Shown in pieces: positions 38,066-48,483 of a stretch of DNA of 64,000 nt. The stretch covers positions 2,003 through 66,002 of the forward strand of contig CAZNJJ010000001.1 of assembly GCA_964573335.1 (NCBI GenBank). Direction: 5' to 3'. The stretch comes from an uncultured Oscillospiraceae bacterium. Its GTDB lineage: Bacteria > Bacillota > Clostridia > Oscillospirales > Ruminococcaceae. The stretch's first letter is position 1; every line of letters begins with the position of its first letter. A program made the translations under genes and the position numbers. Under the pieces are notes generated by a model. It was given only the letters and a program-made list of their open reading frames with translations. It made no database searches and was not told where the DNA came from.

Positions 38066-39061
38066 ATGAAAAAGAATATACTTCTGCTCACCACCGGCGG
38101 AACAATAGCCTCCACCGCTTCCGACAACGGACTGCGTCCCACCGCGAGCGGCAAGGGGCTGCTGAATCTGCTCGGTCCGCTTGACTATAACATTTCCATT
38201 CGCGACCTGCTCACGCTTGATTCCTCCAATATTCAGCCGGAGGAATGGCAGCTCATAGCCAAAAGCATCTATGAGGAGCGCAGCAGCTACGACGGCATCG
38301 TAGTCACCCACGGAACCGACACGATGGCATACACCGCTTCTATGCTGAGCTTTATGCTCACGGGAATTGAGATTCCGATAGTTCTCACCGGCAGTCAGCT
38401 GCCGATATTCCACCCACTTTCCGACGCGCCCGACAATCTGCGAACCGCCTTCGCTATGGCGGCAAGCGAAACCCCCGGCGTTTTTGTGGCGTTTGACAGA
38501 AAGGTTCTGCTCGGCTGCCGCGCCGTAAAGGTGAGAACAACCGGCTTTGACGCCTTTGAAAGCGTGAATTTGCCGCCTGTCGCCACAATCAGCTCAGACG
38601 GTTTGGTTATCAATCGGGAACTGCTCGGTCCGAAATACGAAAAATGTGAGCTTAAAAGCGATGTTGACAGTCGTGTTCTGCTGATAAAGCTGATTCCCGG
38701 ACTCGACCCCAAGCTGTTTTCCCTTTTGAATCAGATAAACTGCCGCGGAGTTGTTTTAGAGGCGTTCGGCTCGGGCGGACTTGCCTTTATCCGCCGCGAT
38801 TTGGTTTCGGCACTGGAGCAGTTGGTTGAGCGGGGAATTGTCACGGTGGTTTGCAGTCAATGCCTTTACGAAAAGAGCGACATGACAACCTACGAGGTTG
38901 GGCGAAGGGCGCTGCAGAAAGGCGTTATCCCCGGCGGCGACATGACAAGCTGTGCCGCCGTGACCAAGCTGATGTGGGCGCTCGCTCAAACCGATTCCCC
39001 CGAAAAAACGGCGGCGCTTTTTAAGAAAAACACAGTCGGCGAGCTGACCGAAAACCTCTGA
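38066..39061 (+). CDS. ansA: L-asparaginase (type I-like)
   Basis: TGGTIA, THGTDT, TGSQ, GRKVRT-like segment, GDMT..AAVTKLMW. Confidence 0.93.
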   Translation: MKKNILLLTTGGTIASTASDNGLRPTASGKGLLNLLGPLDYNISIRDLLTLDSSNIQPEEWQLIAKSIYEERSSYDGIVVTHGTDTMAYTASMLSFMLTGIEIPIVLTGSQLPIFHPLSDAPDNLRTAFAMAASETPGVFVAFDRKVLLGCRAVKVRTTGFDAFESVNLPPVATISSDGLVINRELLGPKYEKCELKSDVDSRVLLIKLIPGLDPKLFSLLNQINCRGVVLEAFGSGGLAFIRRDLVSALEQLVERGIVTVVCSQCLYEKSDMTTYEVGRRALQKGVIPGGDMTSCAAVTKLMWALAQTDSPEKTAALFKKNTVGELTENL

Positions 39062-39129
39062 GCTTTCATATCTCTTGCCGAAATCCTAACCTGTTTTTCT
39101 CTCCGACTCGGGTATTTATCGAAAAAATT

Positions 39130-39160
39130 AAGGCGACAGCAAAAAGCTGTCGCCTTTTTT
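39130..39160. terminator. Terminator between ansA and livF
   Basis: aaggcgacagc/gctgtcgcctt followed by T tract. Confidence 0.8.
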
Positions 39161-39186
39161 ACGTTTAGCCTTTATCGAAAGCCGTT

Positions 39187-39885
39187 TTATCTGCCGAGAT
39201 AAGCCTTTTTGACTTCCTCGTTCACCAAAAGCGCCTTGCCCTCGCCCGACATGGTTATTCTGCCGGTTTCGAGAACGTAGGCATAATCAGCGGTGTGGAG
39301 CGCCATATTGGCATTCTGCTCGATAAGCAGAACAGTAACGCCCTGGCGGTTTATCTCCTTGATTATATCAAAGATTCCGCGAACGATTATCGGCGCAAGA
39401 CCCAAAGACGGCTCATCCATCATCAGAACCTTAGGCTTGCTCATGAGCGCACGGGCAACCGCCAGCATCTGCTGTTCGCCGCCGGAAAGGGTGCCTGCCG
39501 CCTGCCAGCTTCTCTCCTTGAGTCTGGGGAAAAGGTCGTACATCCAGTTGATGTCATCGGTGAGGTCATCATTTCGCAGATAGGCACCGATTTTGATATT
39601 CTCCAAAACGGTCATATCGGGGAAAACCCTTCTTCCCTCGGGAACAAGGGTGATTCCCTTTGAAACTATCTTCTCGGTGGAAAGACCGGTGACATTTTCG
39701 CCCAAAAACTCGATAGAGCCGCTCCTTGCCGGAACAAGACCCGCTATAGCGCGCAGAGTGGTGCTTTTTCCCGCGCCGTTAGCGCCTATCAGCGTGACTA
39801 TGCTCTTTTCGGGAACTTCAAACGAAATGCCCTTTACAGCCTCAATTCCGCCGTAGTTGACTTTAAGGTCATTTACTTTAATCAT
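39187..39885 (-). CDS. livF: Branched-chain amino acid ABC ATPase LivF
   Basis: GANGAGKST, VPEGRRVF, LSGGEQQML, DEPSLGLAP. Confidence 0.95.
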   Translation of the reverse strand: MIKVNDLKVNYGGIEAVKGISFEVPEKSIVTLIGANGAGKSTTLRAIAGLVPARSGSIEFLGENVTGLSTEKIVSKGITLVPEGRRVFPDMTVLENIKIGAYLRNDDLTDDINWMYDLFPRLKERSWQAAGTLSGGEQQMLAVARALMSKPKVLMMDEPSLGLAPIIVRGIFDIIKEINRQGVTVLLIEQNANMALHTADYAYVLETGRITMSGEGKALLVNEEVKKAYLGR

Positions 39886-40720
39886 CAGCCGAACCTCCCA
39901 AATAAGCCTGTATAACACGCTCGTTGTTCTGAATCTCCGCGGGAGTTCCCTGAGCTATCAGCTTGCCGAAGTCAAGAACATAGATGCGGTCGGAAATTCT
40001 CATAACGAGGTTCATGTGATGCTCTATCATCAAAACAGTCAGTTTGAATTCGTCCTTTATCCGCTTGATAAAGTCGGTCAGCTCGTCTGTTTCCTGCGGG
40101 TTCATGCCGGCGGCAGGCTCATCAAGCAACAGGAGCTTAGGCTCGGTGGCAAGCGCTCTCGCGATTTCGAGGTGGCGCTGCTTGCCGTAGGGCAGATTGC
40201 TTGCCTTTTCGTCCTTCAAATCGGCAAGGTCAAGCATTTCAAGCAGGGTCTGCGTTCTGCGGCGCATTTCGGCTTCCTCGGCGCGGTTGAGCCGCAGAGT
40301 CGCCGAAAAGACATTCGCCTTTGAGCGCATATGATAAGCGATAAGAACGTTGTCAAAAACGGTGAGATTCTTAAAGAGTCTTATATTCTGAAAGGTTCTC
40401 GCGATTCCCAAACGGGTTATAACATCGGGAGTTTTCACCATCACCTTTGAGAATTTGTCGGCATTTTCGACGTTGTAGAGCTTTTTCATCTTGCCCTGCG
40501 GGTGGTTGGAAACGATAACATCGCCGTTAAAGCTGATAGCGCCGTTGGTGGGGGTGTAAACGCCTGTGATAACGTTAAACGCGGTGGTTTTTCCCGCGCC
40601 GTTAGGCCCTATGAGAGCGACTATCTCGCCGCTGTTGACATCGAGCGTGAGGTCGTTTACGGCGACAACGCCGCCAAACTGCATGGTGACATTCTCAAGA
40701 TGAAGAATATTACTGCTCAT
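39878..40720 (-). CDS. livG: Branched-chain amino acid ABC ATPase LivG
   Basis: GPNGAGKTT, ARTFQNIRLF, LPYGKQR, DEPAAGMN. Confidence 0.95.
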   Translation of the reverse strand: MSSNILHLENVTMQFGGVVAVNDLTLDVNSGEIVALIGPNGAGKTTAFNVITGVYTPTNGAISFNGDVIVSNHPQGKMKKLYNVENADKFSKVMVKTPDVITRLGIARTFQNIRLFKNLTVFDNVLIAYHMRSKANVFSATLRLNRAEEAEMRRRTQTLLEMLDLADLKDEKASNLPYGKQRHLEIARALATEPKLLLLDEPAAGMNPQETDELTDFIKRIKDEFKLTVLMIEHHMNLVMRISDRIYVLDFGKLIAQGTPAEIQNNERVIQAYLGGSADD

Positions 40721-41795
40721 TTGCCGCGCCCTCCTTTACAGTCTTTTTTCTCGAAAGATTTTTGAAGAAGGCGGCAATCCCTTTCCACGAGAACTCACGG
40801 TCGCCCATTATGCCCTGGCGATAGAACAGCACCACTGCCATGATTATGACAGAGAATACCAGTTTTCTGAAGCCGGATCTGAGCAGCGGAACCTGAAATC
40901 CGCCGATAACCATTTCCGCATCAAGGAATCTCAGCCACCACTCGCTACAGGCGATAAAGAGGAAAGAGGAGATGCAGCTTCCGGTTACCGAACCGATTCC
41001 GCCGATAACAACGATAAGCAGAATCTCATAGGTCATTGCCGATTTGAAAGCGGAAGCCTGAACGGTGGTCTGATACATAGCGAGCAAAGCGCCGCTCACT
41101 CCCGCAAAGAAAGAGCTTATTACAAAAGAGAGCATCTTGTGCTTAAAGAGATTGATTCCCATAGCCTCTGCCGCTATCTCGTCCTCGCGGATAGCCTTAA
41201 AAGCACGTCCGTAGGAGGAATTTATCAGCAGAACTATCAGCGCGATACATATTCCCGAAACCGCGAAGGGAAAAATCGTGCTTGAAAAGGTCGGGAACTT
41301 TCTCAAGAGGTTGGAGCCGTTGGTGAGCGGGCCGAGCTTATCCCACTGGAATATCGCGCGGATTATCTCGGCGAAGCCCAAGGTGGCAATAGCAAGGTAG
41401 TCGCTCTTCAAACGGAGAACAGGCCAGCCGATAAAGAATGCGAATATTCCCGCCATAACGCCCGCCAAAATCAGCGCCACAACTATCGGCACGGTGAACT
41501 GCACTATGCCGCCGTCAAAATACTGATATACCTGCGGTCTTGACTCAACGGGAATGGTAAGTATTCCGTAGGTATAAGCGCCGATGAGCATAAATCCCGC
41601 CTGACCGAGCGAAAACAGTCCGGTAAAGCCGTTCAGCAGGTTCATCGAAACGGCAACCAGCGCGTAGATTGCGCCCTTTTTCAAAACGGTAAAGAGCATC
41701 GAGGTGGGAGGGAGCATCGCTTCCAGCACAAGCAATACCGCGAAAAGCAGAACGATGGCAGCAGCGGAATAGATGATGTTTTTCTTTTTATCCAT
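40710..41795 (-). CDS. livM: Branched-chain amino acid ABC permease LivM
   Basis: SLGQAGF, LRLKSDYLAIATLGFAEI, AIREDEIAA. Confidence 0.93.
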   Translation of the reverse strand: MDKKKNIIYSAAAIVLLFAVLLVLEAMLPPTSMLFTVLKKGAIYALVAVSMNLLNGFTGLFSLGQAGFMLIGAYTYGILTIPVESRPQVYQYFDGGIVQFTVPIVVALILAGVMAGIFAFFIGWPVLRLKSDYLAIATLGFAEIIRAIFQWDKLGPLTNGSNLLRKFPTFSSTIFPFAVSGICIALIVLLINSSYGRAFKAIREDEIAAEAMGINLFKHKMLSFVISSFFAGVSGALLAMYQTTVQASAFKSAMTYEILLIVVIGGIGSVTGSCISSFLFIACSEWWLRFLDAEMVIGGFQVPLLRSGFRKLVFSVIIMAVVLFYRQGIMGDREFSWKGIAAFFKNLSRKKTVKEGAANEQ

Positions 41796-41809
41796 AACAG
41801 CCACCCCTC

Positions 41810-42694
41810 TCAAACCTTATCGGTAGTCTTTTCGCCGAAGAGACCGGTAGGCTTAGCCACCAGAACAACTATCAGCAGAGCGAAAGTGAAAGCATCGGAG
41901 AATGTAGTCCAACCCATTCCCTTTATAAGGCTTTCGTAGATGCCGATGATGAACGCGCCCACAACCGCGCCGGGAATAGAGCCTATTCCGCCGAAAACCG
42001 CGGCGACAAACGCTTTCAAGCCGGGCATTGCGCCCGCCGTGGGGGTAACGCCGGTGTAGTTGGAGAAGTAGAGCAGCGAGCCTACTCCCGCAAGGAAAGA
42101 GCCGATGATAAAGGTCATGCTGATGACCGAGTTTATCTTTATTCCCATGAGACGAGCGGTTTCAAAATCCTTGGAAACGGCGCGCATCGCCATGCCGATT
42201 TTGGTGTATCTGATGAGCGCCACCAGCGCGAATACCAAAACTATCGTCAGCACGGGGGTTATCAGCGTAACACGCTTGGTGGTGGCGGTTCCGATGTTGA
42301 TAACATCGCTTATCCACGGAATCGTGGGATACTGCTTGGAAAGTCCGCCGGTTATGTAGAGAGCGAAATTCTGAATAAAATAGGAAACGCCGATAGCGGA
42401 AATCATAACAGACATTCTGGGGGCGTTTCTCAGCGGCTTATAGGCGACCTTCTCAACAAGGTAGCCGATAAGCACCGTAGCAGCCAAAACAACGGGTATT
42501 GCGATATAAAGCGGCATTACCGCAACGCAGTATATCATCAAAAGACCCGCCGCCATAAAAATATCACCGTGAGCAAAGTTTATCAGACGCAGGATACCGT
42601 AAACCATGGTGTAGCCAATGGCTATCAGCGCATACTGACCTCCGACAGAGACTCCCGCCAAAAAATAAGGCAGTGTCTGGTCGAAAAAGCTCAT
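41810..42694 (-). CDS. livH: Branched-chain amino acid ABC permease LivH
   Basis: YALIAIGYTMVYG, INFAHG, GMAMRAVS, GGIGSIPGA. Confidence 0.94.
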   Translation of the reverse strand: MSFFDQTLPYFLAGVSVGGQYALIAIGYTMVYGILRLINFAHGDIFMAAGLLMIYCVAVMPLYIAIPVVLAATVLIGYLVEKVAYKPLRNAPRMSVMISAIGVSYFIQNFALYITGGLSKQYPTIPWISDVINIGTATTKRVTLITPVLTIVLVFALVALIRYTKIGMAMRAVSKDFETARLMGIKINSVISMTFIIGSFLAGVGSLLYFSNYTGVTPTAGAMPGLKAFVAAVFGGIGSIPGAVVGAFIIGIYESLIKGMGWTTFSDAFTFALLIVVLVAKPTGLFGEKTTDKV

Positions 42695-42725
42695 ATCTTC
42701 ATCAACCTCCATATAACGAAAGGGC

Positions 42726-42750
42726 GGCGGGAACTGTACCGGTTCCCGCC
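42726..42750 (-). terminator. Stem-loop between livJ and livH
   Basis: ggcgggaac/gttcccgcc 9-bp stem. Confidence 0.55.
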
Positions 42751-42785
42751 AAGCCCGATTTGTGATGCTAAGCGCGAATTATATT

Positions 42786-43976
42786 TTACTTAACAGACTG
42801 GATAGCAACAAATTCCCACTTGCCGTCGTTTATCTTCTTGATGAACGCGGAATCACGGTTTGCGTCGCCGGTATCGTTAAAGGTGATGTTGCCGGTGATG
42901 CCGGTGTAATCCACATTCCAAAGAGCCTCGTTTACAGCCTTGGGGTCGCCGGAGCCTGCTCTCTTGATGGCATCGAGAGCGGTGAAGTAAGCGTCGTAGC
43001 CCATAGCCGAAACAGCCGCGATGGTGTCGTCACCGCCGTTGTTGGCGAGGTTGGTGGGGTCGGCCTTTATCCATTCCTTGATGCCGGAAACAAACTTGGC
43101 ACCGTTTTCCTCACTGGTTCCCTCATCAAAGAAGGTGGTAACATATATCTGAGTGTCGGTTCCCTTAGCGGTGTTGGCAACAACGTTGGAGTCCCATGTA
43201 TCGCTTGCGAGAATCGGGATATTCAAGCCCTGTGCGTTTACCTGCTCAATGATAAGAGCGGCAGCCTCGATGGAAACAGGAGCAAACATAACGTCGGCAC
43301 CGGCGTTCTTTGCGTTGGTGATGTAGGGGGTAAAGTCACTGTTGCCCTCGGGGAAGGTCTCGTAAACAACCTTGCCGCCCAGTGCCTCAAACGCCTTCTG
43401 GAAGTAGTAGCAGAGACCTACCGAGTAGTCGTCGCCGAGCTTGGCGATGCAGTAAGCGGTTTTTGCGTTAAAGCTCTGCTGTGCGAGGTTTGCGTGAACG
43501 GTTCCCTGGAAGGGATCAAGGAAGCAGATGCGGAAATAGTGGGTGTTGCCCTCGGTAACCTGCGGGTTGGTGCAGCTTACGCCGATAGCGGGAACACCGG
43601 CATTCTTGAATACGTCGGAAGCGGCGATGGAAACGCCGGAGCCGTAAGAGCCGAGAACCACCGAAACGCCCGAGCTTACCAGAGAAGCCGCGGCGGAGGG
43701 GCCTTTATCGTTGGAGGACTCGTTATCAACGATAACAAGCTCTACCTTATAATCCTTGCCGCCGAGATTAACGGTGTTGACAAGGGAGTTGGCATACTGC
43801 ATACCGAGGATCTCCTGCTTGCCGCCGGCGCCATTGTCACCGGAAGCAGGCTCATATACGCCTATCTTGATAGTGTCAGCGGAAGCCGCACCCTCCGCAG
43901 GCTTAGCAGAGCCGCCGCAGGCAGATACGCTGAGCATCATTGCGACTGCGAGTGTTAAAGCGAGCAACTTTTTCAT
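42786..43976 (-). CDS. livJ: Branched-chain amino acid ABC substrate-binding lipoprotein (LivJ/LivK family)
   Basis: Lipobox VSAC, KIGVYEPASG, GSYGSG, RICFLDPFQG. Confidence 0.9.
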   Translation of the reverse strand: MKKLLALTLAVAMMLSVSACGGSAKPAEGAASADTIKIGVYEPASGDNGAGGKQEILGMQYANSLVNTVNLGGKDYKVELVIVDNESSNDKGPSAAASLVSSGVSVVLGSYGSGVSIAASDVFKNAGVPAIGVSCTNPQVTEGNTHYFRICFLDPFQGTVHANLAQQSFNAKTAYCIAKLGDDYSVGLCYYFQKAFEALGGKVVYETFPEGNSDFTPYITNAKNAGADVMFAPVSIEAAALIIEQVNAQGLNIPILASDTWDSNVVANTAKGTDTQIYVTTFFDEGTSEENGAKFVSGIKEWIKADPTNLANNGGDDTIAAVSAMGYDAYFTALDAIKRAGSGDPKAVNEALWNVDYTGITGNITFNDTGDANRDSAFIKKINDGKWEFVAIQSVK

Positions 43977-44056
43977 ATTGGATTTCCTCCCAACTTTTAG
44001 ATGGACCGCCCGATAAAATCGGTGGTTTCTGAGGTCATTTCCCTCACTGAAATACA

Positions 44057-44085
44057 ATTATACGCCGATGCGATACACTTTTCAA
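44057..44085 (-). promoter_or_regulatory. sigma-A promoter of the liv operon
   Basis: TTGAAA-17-TATAAT. Confidence 0.65.
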
Positions 44086-44206
44086 GAAGTTTTCACCTTT
44101 TTCTGCCATTTCTACGAATCGTATATTTTGAACACGAAATCTGTTCTTCAACGGTGGATTGTTTGGTTAAAATAACGAAATTCGCCGTTTAAGAACTGTT
44201 TTTGGC

Positions 44207-45085
44207 TCAAAACACTTCATTTTCGTAAAATTTCGGCAGATTTAGGCGGGTTTTTGATAGCAATTCCTGCATATCGGGTGGCAATTCAGAGTAAAACTGC
44301 TGTTTTTTGCATGATACAGGGTGTTCGAATTTCATTTTCGAGCAATGCAGTGCCTGCCTTTTTATCAAATCTGTCCTTCCACCGTAGAATTCATCACCGA
44401 AAAGCGGGTGACCCACGGCGGAAAGATGCACCCTTATCTGATGAGTTCTGCCTGTGTGGAGAATACATTCCACCAAAGCCGCTCCCCCGCTCTGCGAGAG
44501 AACACGGTATTCGGTGAGGGCAGGGTCACCGCATTCATCTACCACGCGGCGCATATCAAAGGGGCGTATTCTCATTATCGGCAGTTCTATAAAGCCGTGA
44601 ATACGCTCAAACCTACCCTCACAGACGGCGAGATAGCGTTTTTCGGTCTTTTGCCACAGCCTGCCCGCCGCGAATCGGTGCTTCGCCGCCAACAGCAGAC
44701 CGCTTGTGTCGCGGTCGAGCCGTGTGACGGGGCGAAACACCCCCTCCATCATATTCTCCATAGTGTCGTCTATATGACTGCCGGAGCGATGGCAGGCGAG
44801 TCCCGAGGGTTTGTCGTAGAGGATTATATCCTCGTCCTCGTAGACAATCGGCACGGTAAGCTCTGTTTTGGAACGGCTGACCTCAATGTCGGGCATGGTG
44901 ACGGTGAGCTTTTCCCCCGATTTCATCACAGTGGTGGAGCGAACCCGCTCACCCGCTATCGTGATTCCGTTGTCACAGCCTTTCAGCTCGATGATAAGCC
45001 CCTTGGAAAAGCCTTTTTCCTTTAAAAGCTGTTCCACCGTCATTTCGCCGTCGGCAAAAAACTCAAACACCCTCGCTCCGCTCAT
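44207..45085 (-). CDS. RluA family pseudouridine synthase
   Basis: YEDEDIILYDKPSG, RLDRDTSG, TGRTHQIRVHL, GDEFYG, QALHC. Confidence 0.95.
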   Translation of the reverse strand: MSGARVFEFFADGEMTVEQLLKEKGFSKGLIIELKGCDNGITIAGERVRSTTVMKSGEKLTVTMPDIEVSRSKTELTVPIVYEDEDIILYDKPSGLACHRSGSHIDDTMENMMEGVFRPVTRLDRDTSGLLLAAKHRFAAGRLWQKTEKRYLAVCEGRFERIHGFIELPIMRIRPFDMRRVVDECGDPALTEYRVLSQSGGAALVECILHTGRTHQIRVHLSAVGHPLFGDEFYGGRTDLIKRQALHCSKMKFEHPVSCKKQQFYSELPPDMQELLSKTRLNLPKFYENEVF

Positions 45086-45957
45086 AGTCCGTTCTCCGCA
45101 AAGAGAAACCGCAGCTCGTCCGCAAGCTCATGCGGCAATGCTCCCCGCTTGGAATATTTTTCCGCCGCTCTCCTGCCTGCCTCGCCGTGCAGAGTAACCG
45201 CCGCTATCACCGCATCGAATCTGCCCATTCCCTGTGCCAAAAGCGATGCCGTCAATCCCGCGAGAACATCTCCGCTGCCGCCCTTGGCGAGAGCGCTGTT
45301 TCTTCCGCGATGGATAAAGGCGGTTCCGTCGGGAGAAGCAACCACAGTATCCGAGTCCTTCAGGGCGACCACACAGTCATATTCCTTTGCGAAATAGAGG
45401 GCGGCATTGGCGGGGTCGGCTTTTACCGTGTCGCTTTCGCAGCTCAACAGGCGAGCCATTTCCCCGATATGAGGCGTTATCACACTGCCGCGCAGCAGCT
45501 CGGGAGAGGTGCAGATTGTATTCAGTCCGTCGGCATCAACCACCGTCGGCAGCTTTTTTTCCGTGAGAACACGCCTTACCAGCCCGCTCGTCTGCCCGTT
45601 ATTGCCCAGTCCGCAGCCGATGAGCAGGGCGGTGGCGCTTTTTGCGCGCTCCAATATTTTTTCGGCGGCGTTTTCGGGCAGAGTGCCGCCGACATCGGCT
45701 TCAAACGGAAGAAAGGTCACCTCTGGACATACCGCCCCGACAACGGCGCACGCCTCCTTTACCGAACAGAGACAGGTTATCCCCACCCCGCTCTTTGCCG
45801 CCGCCGAACAGCACAGCGCCGCCGCGCCGGTGTAGAAAACGCTCCCCGCAACAGCGAGGAGAGTGCCGAAATTCCCCTTGTGAGAATTTTCTTCCCGCTT
45901 TGGCAAAAGCGAACACGCCTCTTTCGCCGTAATCGTCATATATTCGTATTCGGGCAT
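45082..45957 (-). CDS. nnrD: ADP-dependent NAD(P)H-hydrate dehydratase (stand-alone YjeF C domain)
   Basis: SHKGNFG, IGCGLG, VDADGLN, TPHIGEM, GGSGDVLAG. Confidence 0.93.
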   Translation of the reverse strand: MPEYEYMTITAKEACSLLPKREENSHKGNFGTLLAVAGSVFYTGAAALCCSAAAKSGVGITCLCSVKEACAVVGAVCPEVTFLPFEADVGGTLPENAAEKILERAKSATALLIGCGLGNNGQTSGLVRRVLTEKKLPTVVDADGLNTICTSPELLRGSVITPHIGEMARLLSCESDTVKADPANAALYFAKEYDCVVALKDSDTVVASPDGTAFIHRGRNSALAKGGSGDVLAGLTASLLAQGMGRFDAVIAAVTLHGEAGRRAAEKYSKRGALPHELADELRFLFAENGL

Positions 45958-46140
45958 GATATTCCCTCCTTTTGGAATACTATTATAGAGTTTTTCGCTG
46001 CAAAAGACAATCAAAGCACCGATTATACAGCGATTTGCCCTTGAATTATCGCCTGAGCGAATATATAATTTTTGTCATAAAGATCATATAAAACCGCCCA
46101 CGGCGTTTTGCCGTGTCCGATTGAAAACGGAGGTAAAAAT

Positions 46141-47331
46141 ATGCTCACACTCGACATGATAAAGGATGCCCAAGCCGCGTTAAAAGGTGTTGCCAGAGTC
46201 ACTCCCCTCAATCCTGCCGCCAATATCGGAGAAAACATATATATAAAGTGCGAAAACCTCCAGCTCACCGGCGCTTTTAAGCTGCGCGGAGCCTATAATA
46301 AAATCCGTTCTCTCTCGCCGGAGGAGAGCACCAAAGGAGTTATCGCCTGTTCTGCCGGCAATCACGCGCAGGGAATAGCATATTCCGCGACAAAGCTGGG
46401 GATTCGCTCTGTGATTTGTATGCCTGCCGGCGCTCCCATATCAAAAATTGAAGCCACCAAAAATTTCGGCGCGGAAGTGGTGCTTGTTCCCGGTGTGTAT
46501 GACGATGCCGCGGCGAAAGCGGCAGAGCTTTGCGAGCAGGAGGGCTACACCTTCGCCCACCCGTTCAACGATGAATATGTTATCGCCGGTCAGGGCACTA
46601 TCGGACTTGAAATTCTCGAGCAGCTACCTGATGTTGAGCAGATAGTGGTTCCCATCGGAGGCGGCGGTCTTATCGGCGGAATCGCCTTCGCGGTAAAGCA
46701 TCTCAAGCCTTCCTGCAAGATAATCGGCGTTCAGGCGGCGGGCGCTCCTTCGATGTATGATTCGGTGAACGAAAACCGTATAGTCGAGCTTCCAAGCGTT
46801 TCCACCATAGCGGACGGCATCGCCGTTAAAAAGCCCGGCGACCTCACCTTTGACCTCTGCCGCAGATATGTCGATGAAATAGTCACCGTGCGTGAGGACG
46901 AGATAGCCTGCGCTATTCTCGCGCTGATGGAGGGGCAGAAAAACGTAGCCGAGGGCGCGGGAGCCACCCCAATCGCGGCGGCGATGTTCGGCAGGATAAA
47001 CACCCGCAAAAAGACGGTGTGTGTGGTTTCGGGCGGCAATATAGATGTGAATATGCTTTCCCGCATAATCACCAAGGGACTTTCCAAATCCGGCAGAATA
47101 ACCCAAATATCCACCAAGGTGGTTGATAAGCCGGGAAGCCTCATCGGGCTTTTGCAGGTGGTTGCCGAAACAGGGGCGAATATCATCACCATAAGCCACA
47201 GCCGCGAGGATAAGCAGTCGGACGTTTCCGCCTGCATCGTTTCGATGGCGCTCGAAACCAGAAATCGAGATCACTGTCACGCTATCGAAAAGGCTCTGCT
47301 TGAAAAGGGCTACGAAATAATAGAAAAGTGA
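46141..47331 (+). CDS. ilvA: Threonine ammonia-lyase, short form with C-terminal ACT domain
   Basis: KCENLQLTGAFKLRGA, SAGNHAQG, PIGGGGL, SGGN, DKPGSL ACT. Confidence 0.93.
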   Translation: MLTLDMIKDAQAALKGVARVTPLNPAANIGENIYIKCENLQLTGAFKLRGAYNKIRSLSPEESTKGVIACSAGNHAQGIAYSATKLGIRSVICMPAGAPISKIEATKNFGAEVVLVPGVYDDAAAKAAELCEQEGYTFAHPFNDEYVIAGQGTIGLEILEQLPDVEQIVVPIGGGGLIGGIAFAVKHLKPSCKIIGVQAAGAPSMYDSVNENRIVELPSVSTIADGIAVKKPGDLTFDLCRRYVDEIVTVREDEIACAILALMEGQKNVAEGAGATPIAAAMFGRINTRKKTVCVVSGGNIDVNMLSRIITKGLSKSGRITQISTKVVDKPGSLIGLLQVVAETGANIITISHSREDKQSDVSACIVSMALETRNRDHCHAIEKALLEKGYEIIEK

Positions 47332-47583
47332 GTTTTTATGAGCGGCGGGAGCTTTTGCCCCGCCGTTTTTTGTCGGAACAAGCGGCGGTTTTTGCCGTCT
47401 TTGACAAAACGCGCGTTTTATATGCTGTCCTTTTTGTCGAATTTTTCCCTTTAGCCTTGTTGAGTTTTAATGATGCTTTGTATGTGCGAAAAGTGTTATA
47501 ATTTTATAGCGTTATACCGCAAGCCCGCGTTTTTGTGACGCGGGCTGCGGCTTTGGCGTAAATTGAGAGGAGGAAGATATACC

Positions 47584-48162
47584 ATGAAAGACATCGTAGA
47601 GATTCGCTGGCACGGACGCGGCGGACAGGGCGCGAAAACAGCGTCGCTGCTGCTGGCGGACGCGGCTTTCAACACAGGCAAGTATGTTCAGGGCTTTCCC
47701 GAATACGGCCCCGAGCGCATGGGCGCGCCGATAACCGCTTATAACCGCATCAGCTCCGAGCGCAGCACCGTTCATTCCAACATCTATTTCCCCGACTATG
47801 TTGTGGTTGTTGACGAAACACTCATCTCGTCGGTAGATGTCACCGCGGGACTCAAAGAGTCGGGCGCTATCGTTATAAACAGCGCCAAGTCTCCCGAGGA
47901 GCTTCGCCCGCAGCTCAAGGGCTACAAGGGCAGAGTATGTACCATAGATGCCGGAAAAATCTCGGAAGAGACTATCGGCAAGAATTTCCCCAACACACCC
48001 ATGCTCGCCGCGATAGTAAAGGTGAGCAACGTTGTCGATCCCGATGAATTCATCAAGGATATGGAGGCTTCCTTCAAGCACAAATTCGCCTCCAAGCCTC
48101 AGGTCATAGAGGGAAATATGAATGCTCTCAAGCGTTCCATGGAGGAGGTCAAGGTAGGATGA
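47584..48162 (+). CDS. porC: 2-oxoacid:ferredoxin oxidoreductase gamma subunit
   Basis: RWHGRGGQG, YGPERMGAP, PNTPML. Confidence 0.92.
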   Translation: MKDIVEIRWHGRGGQGAKTASLLLADAAFNTGKYVQGFPEYGPERMGAPITAYNRISSERSTVHSNIYFPDYVVVVDETLISSVDVTAGLKESGAIVINSAKSPEELRPQLKGYKGRVCTIDAGKISEETIGKNFPNTPMLAAIVKVSNVVDPDEFIKDMEASFKHKFASKPQVIEGNMNALKRSMEEVKVG

Positions 48163-48470
48163 GCTACTTAAAAGCCAAGGATATAAACGAAAAGACCACA
48201 TGGAAAGAGATAACCCCCGGCTGTAACATCTACGAGGGCGGCAGCTCCGAAATAGTGAACACCGGCGACTGGCGCACAATGCGCCCCATTCTCCATGAGG
48301 ATAAGTGCAAGCAGTGCCTGCTCTGCGTTCCGGTATGTCCCGATATGTCGATACCGGTCACTGCCGAGGGCAAGCGCGGCGAATTTAACTATTTCTTCTG
48401 CAAAGGCTGCGGAATATGCTCGGTAGCCTGCCCGTTCGGCGCAATAGAAATGGTAAAGGAATCCAAGTGA
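48159..48470 (+). CDS. porD: 2-oxoacid:ferredoxin oxidoreductase delta subunit (2x[4Fe-4S])
   Basis: TGDWR, CKQCLLC...CP, CKGCGIC...CP. Confidence 0.92.
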   Translation: MSYLKAKDINEKTTWKEITPGCNIYEGGSSEIVNTGDWRTMRPILHEDKCKQCLLCVPVCPDMSIPVTAEGKRGEFNYFFCKGCGICSVACPFGAIEMVKESK

Positions 48471-48483
48471 GGAGGGGAAAACA

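Noticed and set aside
45082-45957. NnrD without a fused NnrE epimerase domain
   Set aside because: Stand-alone dehydratases are well known in Firmicutes
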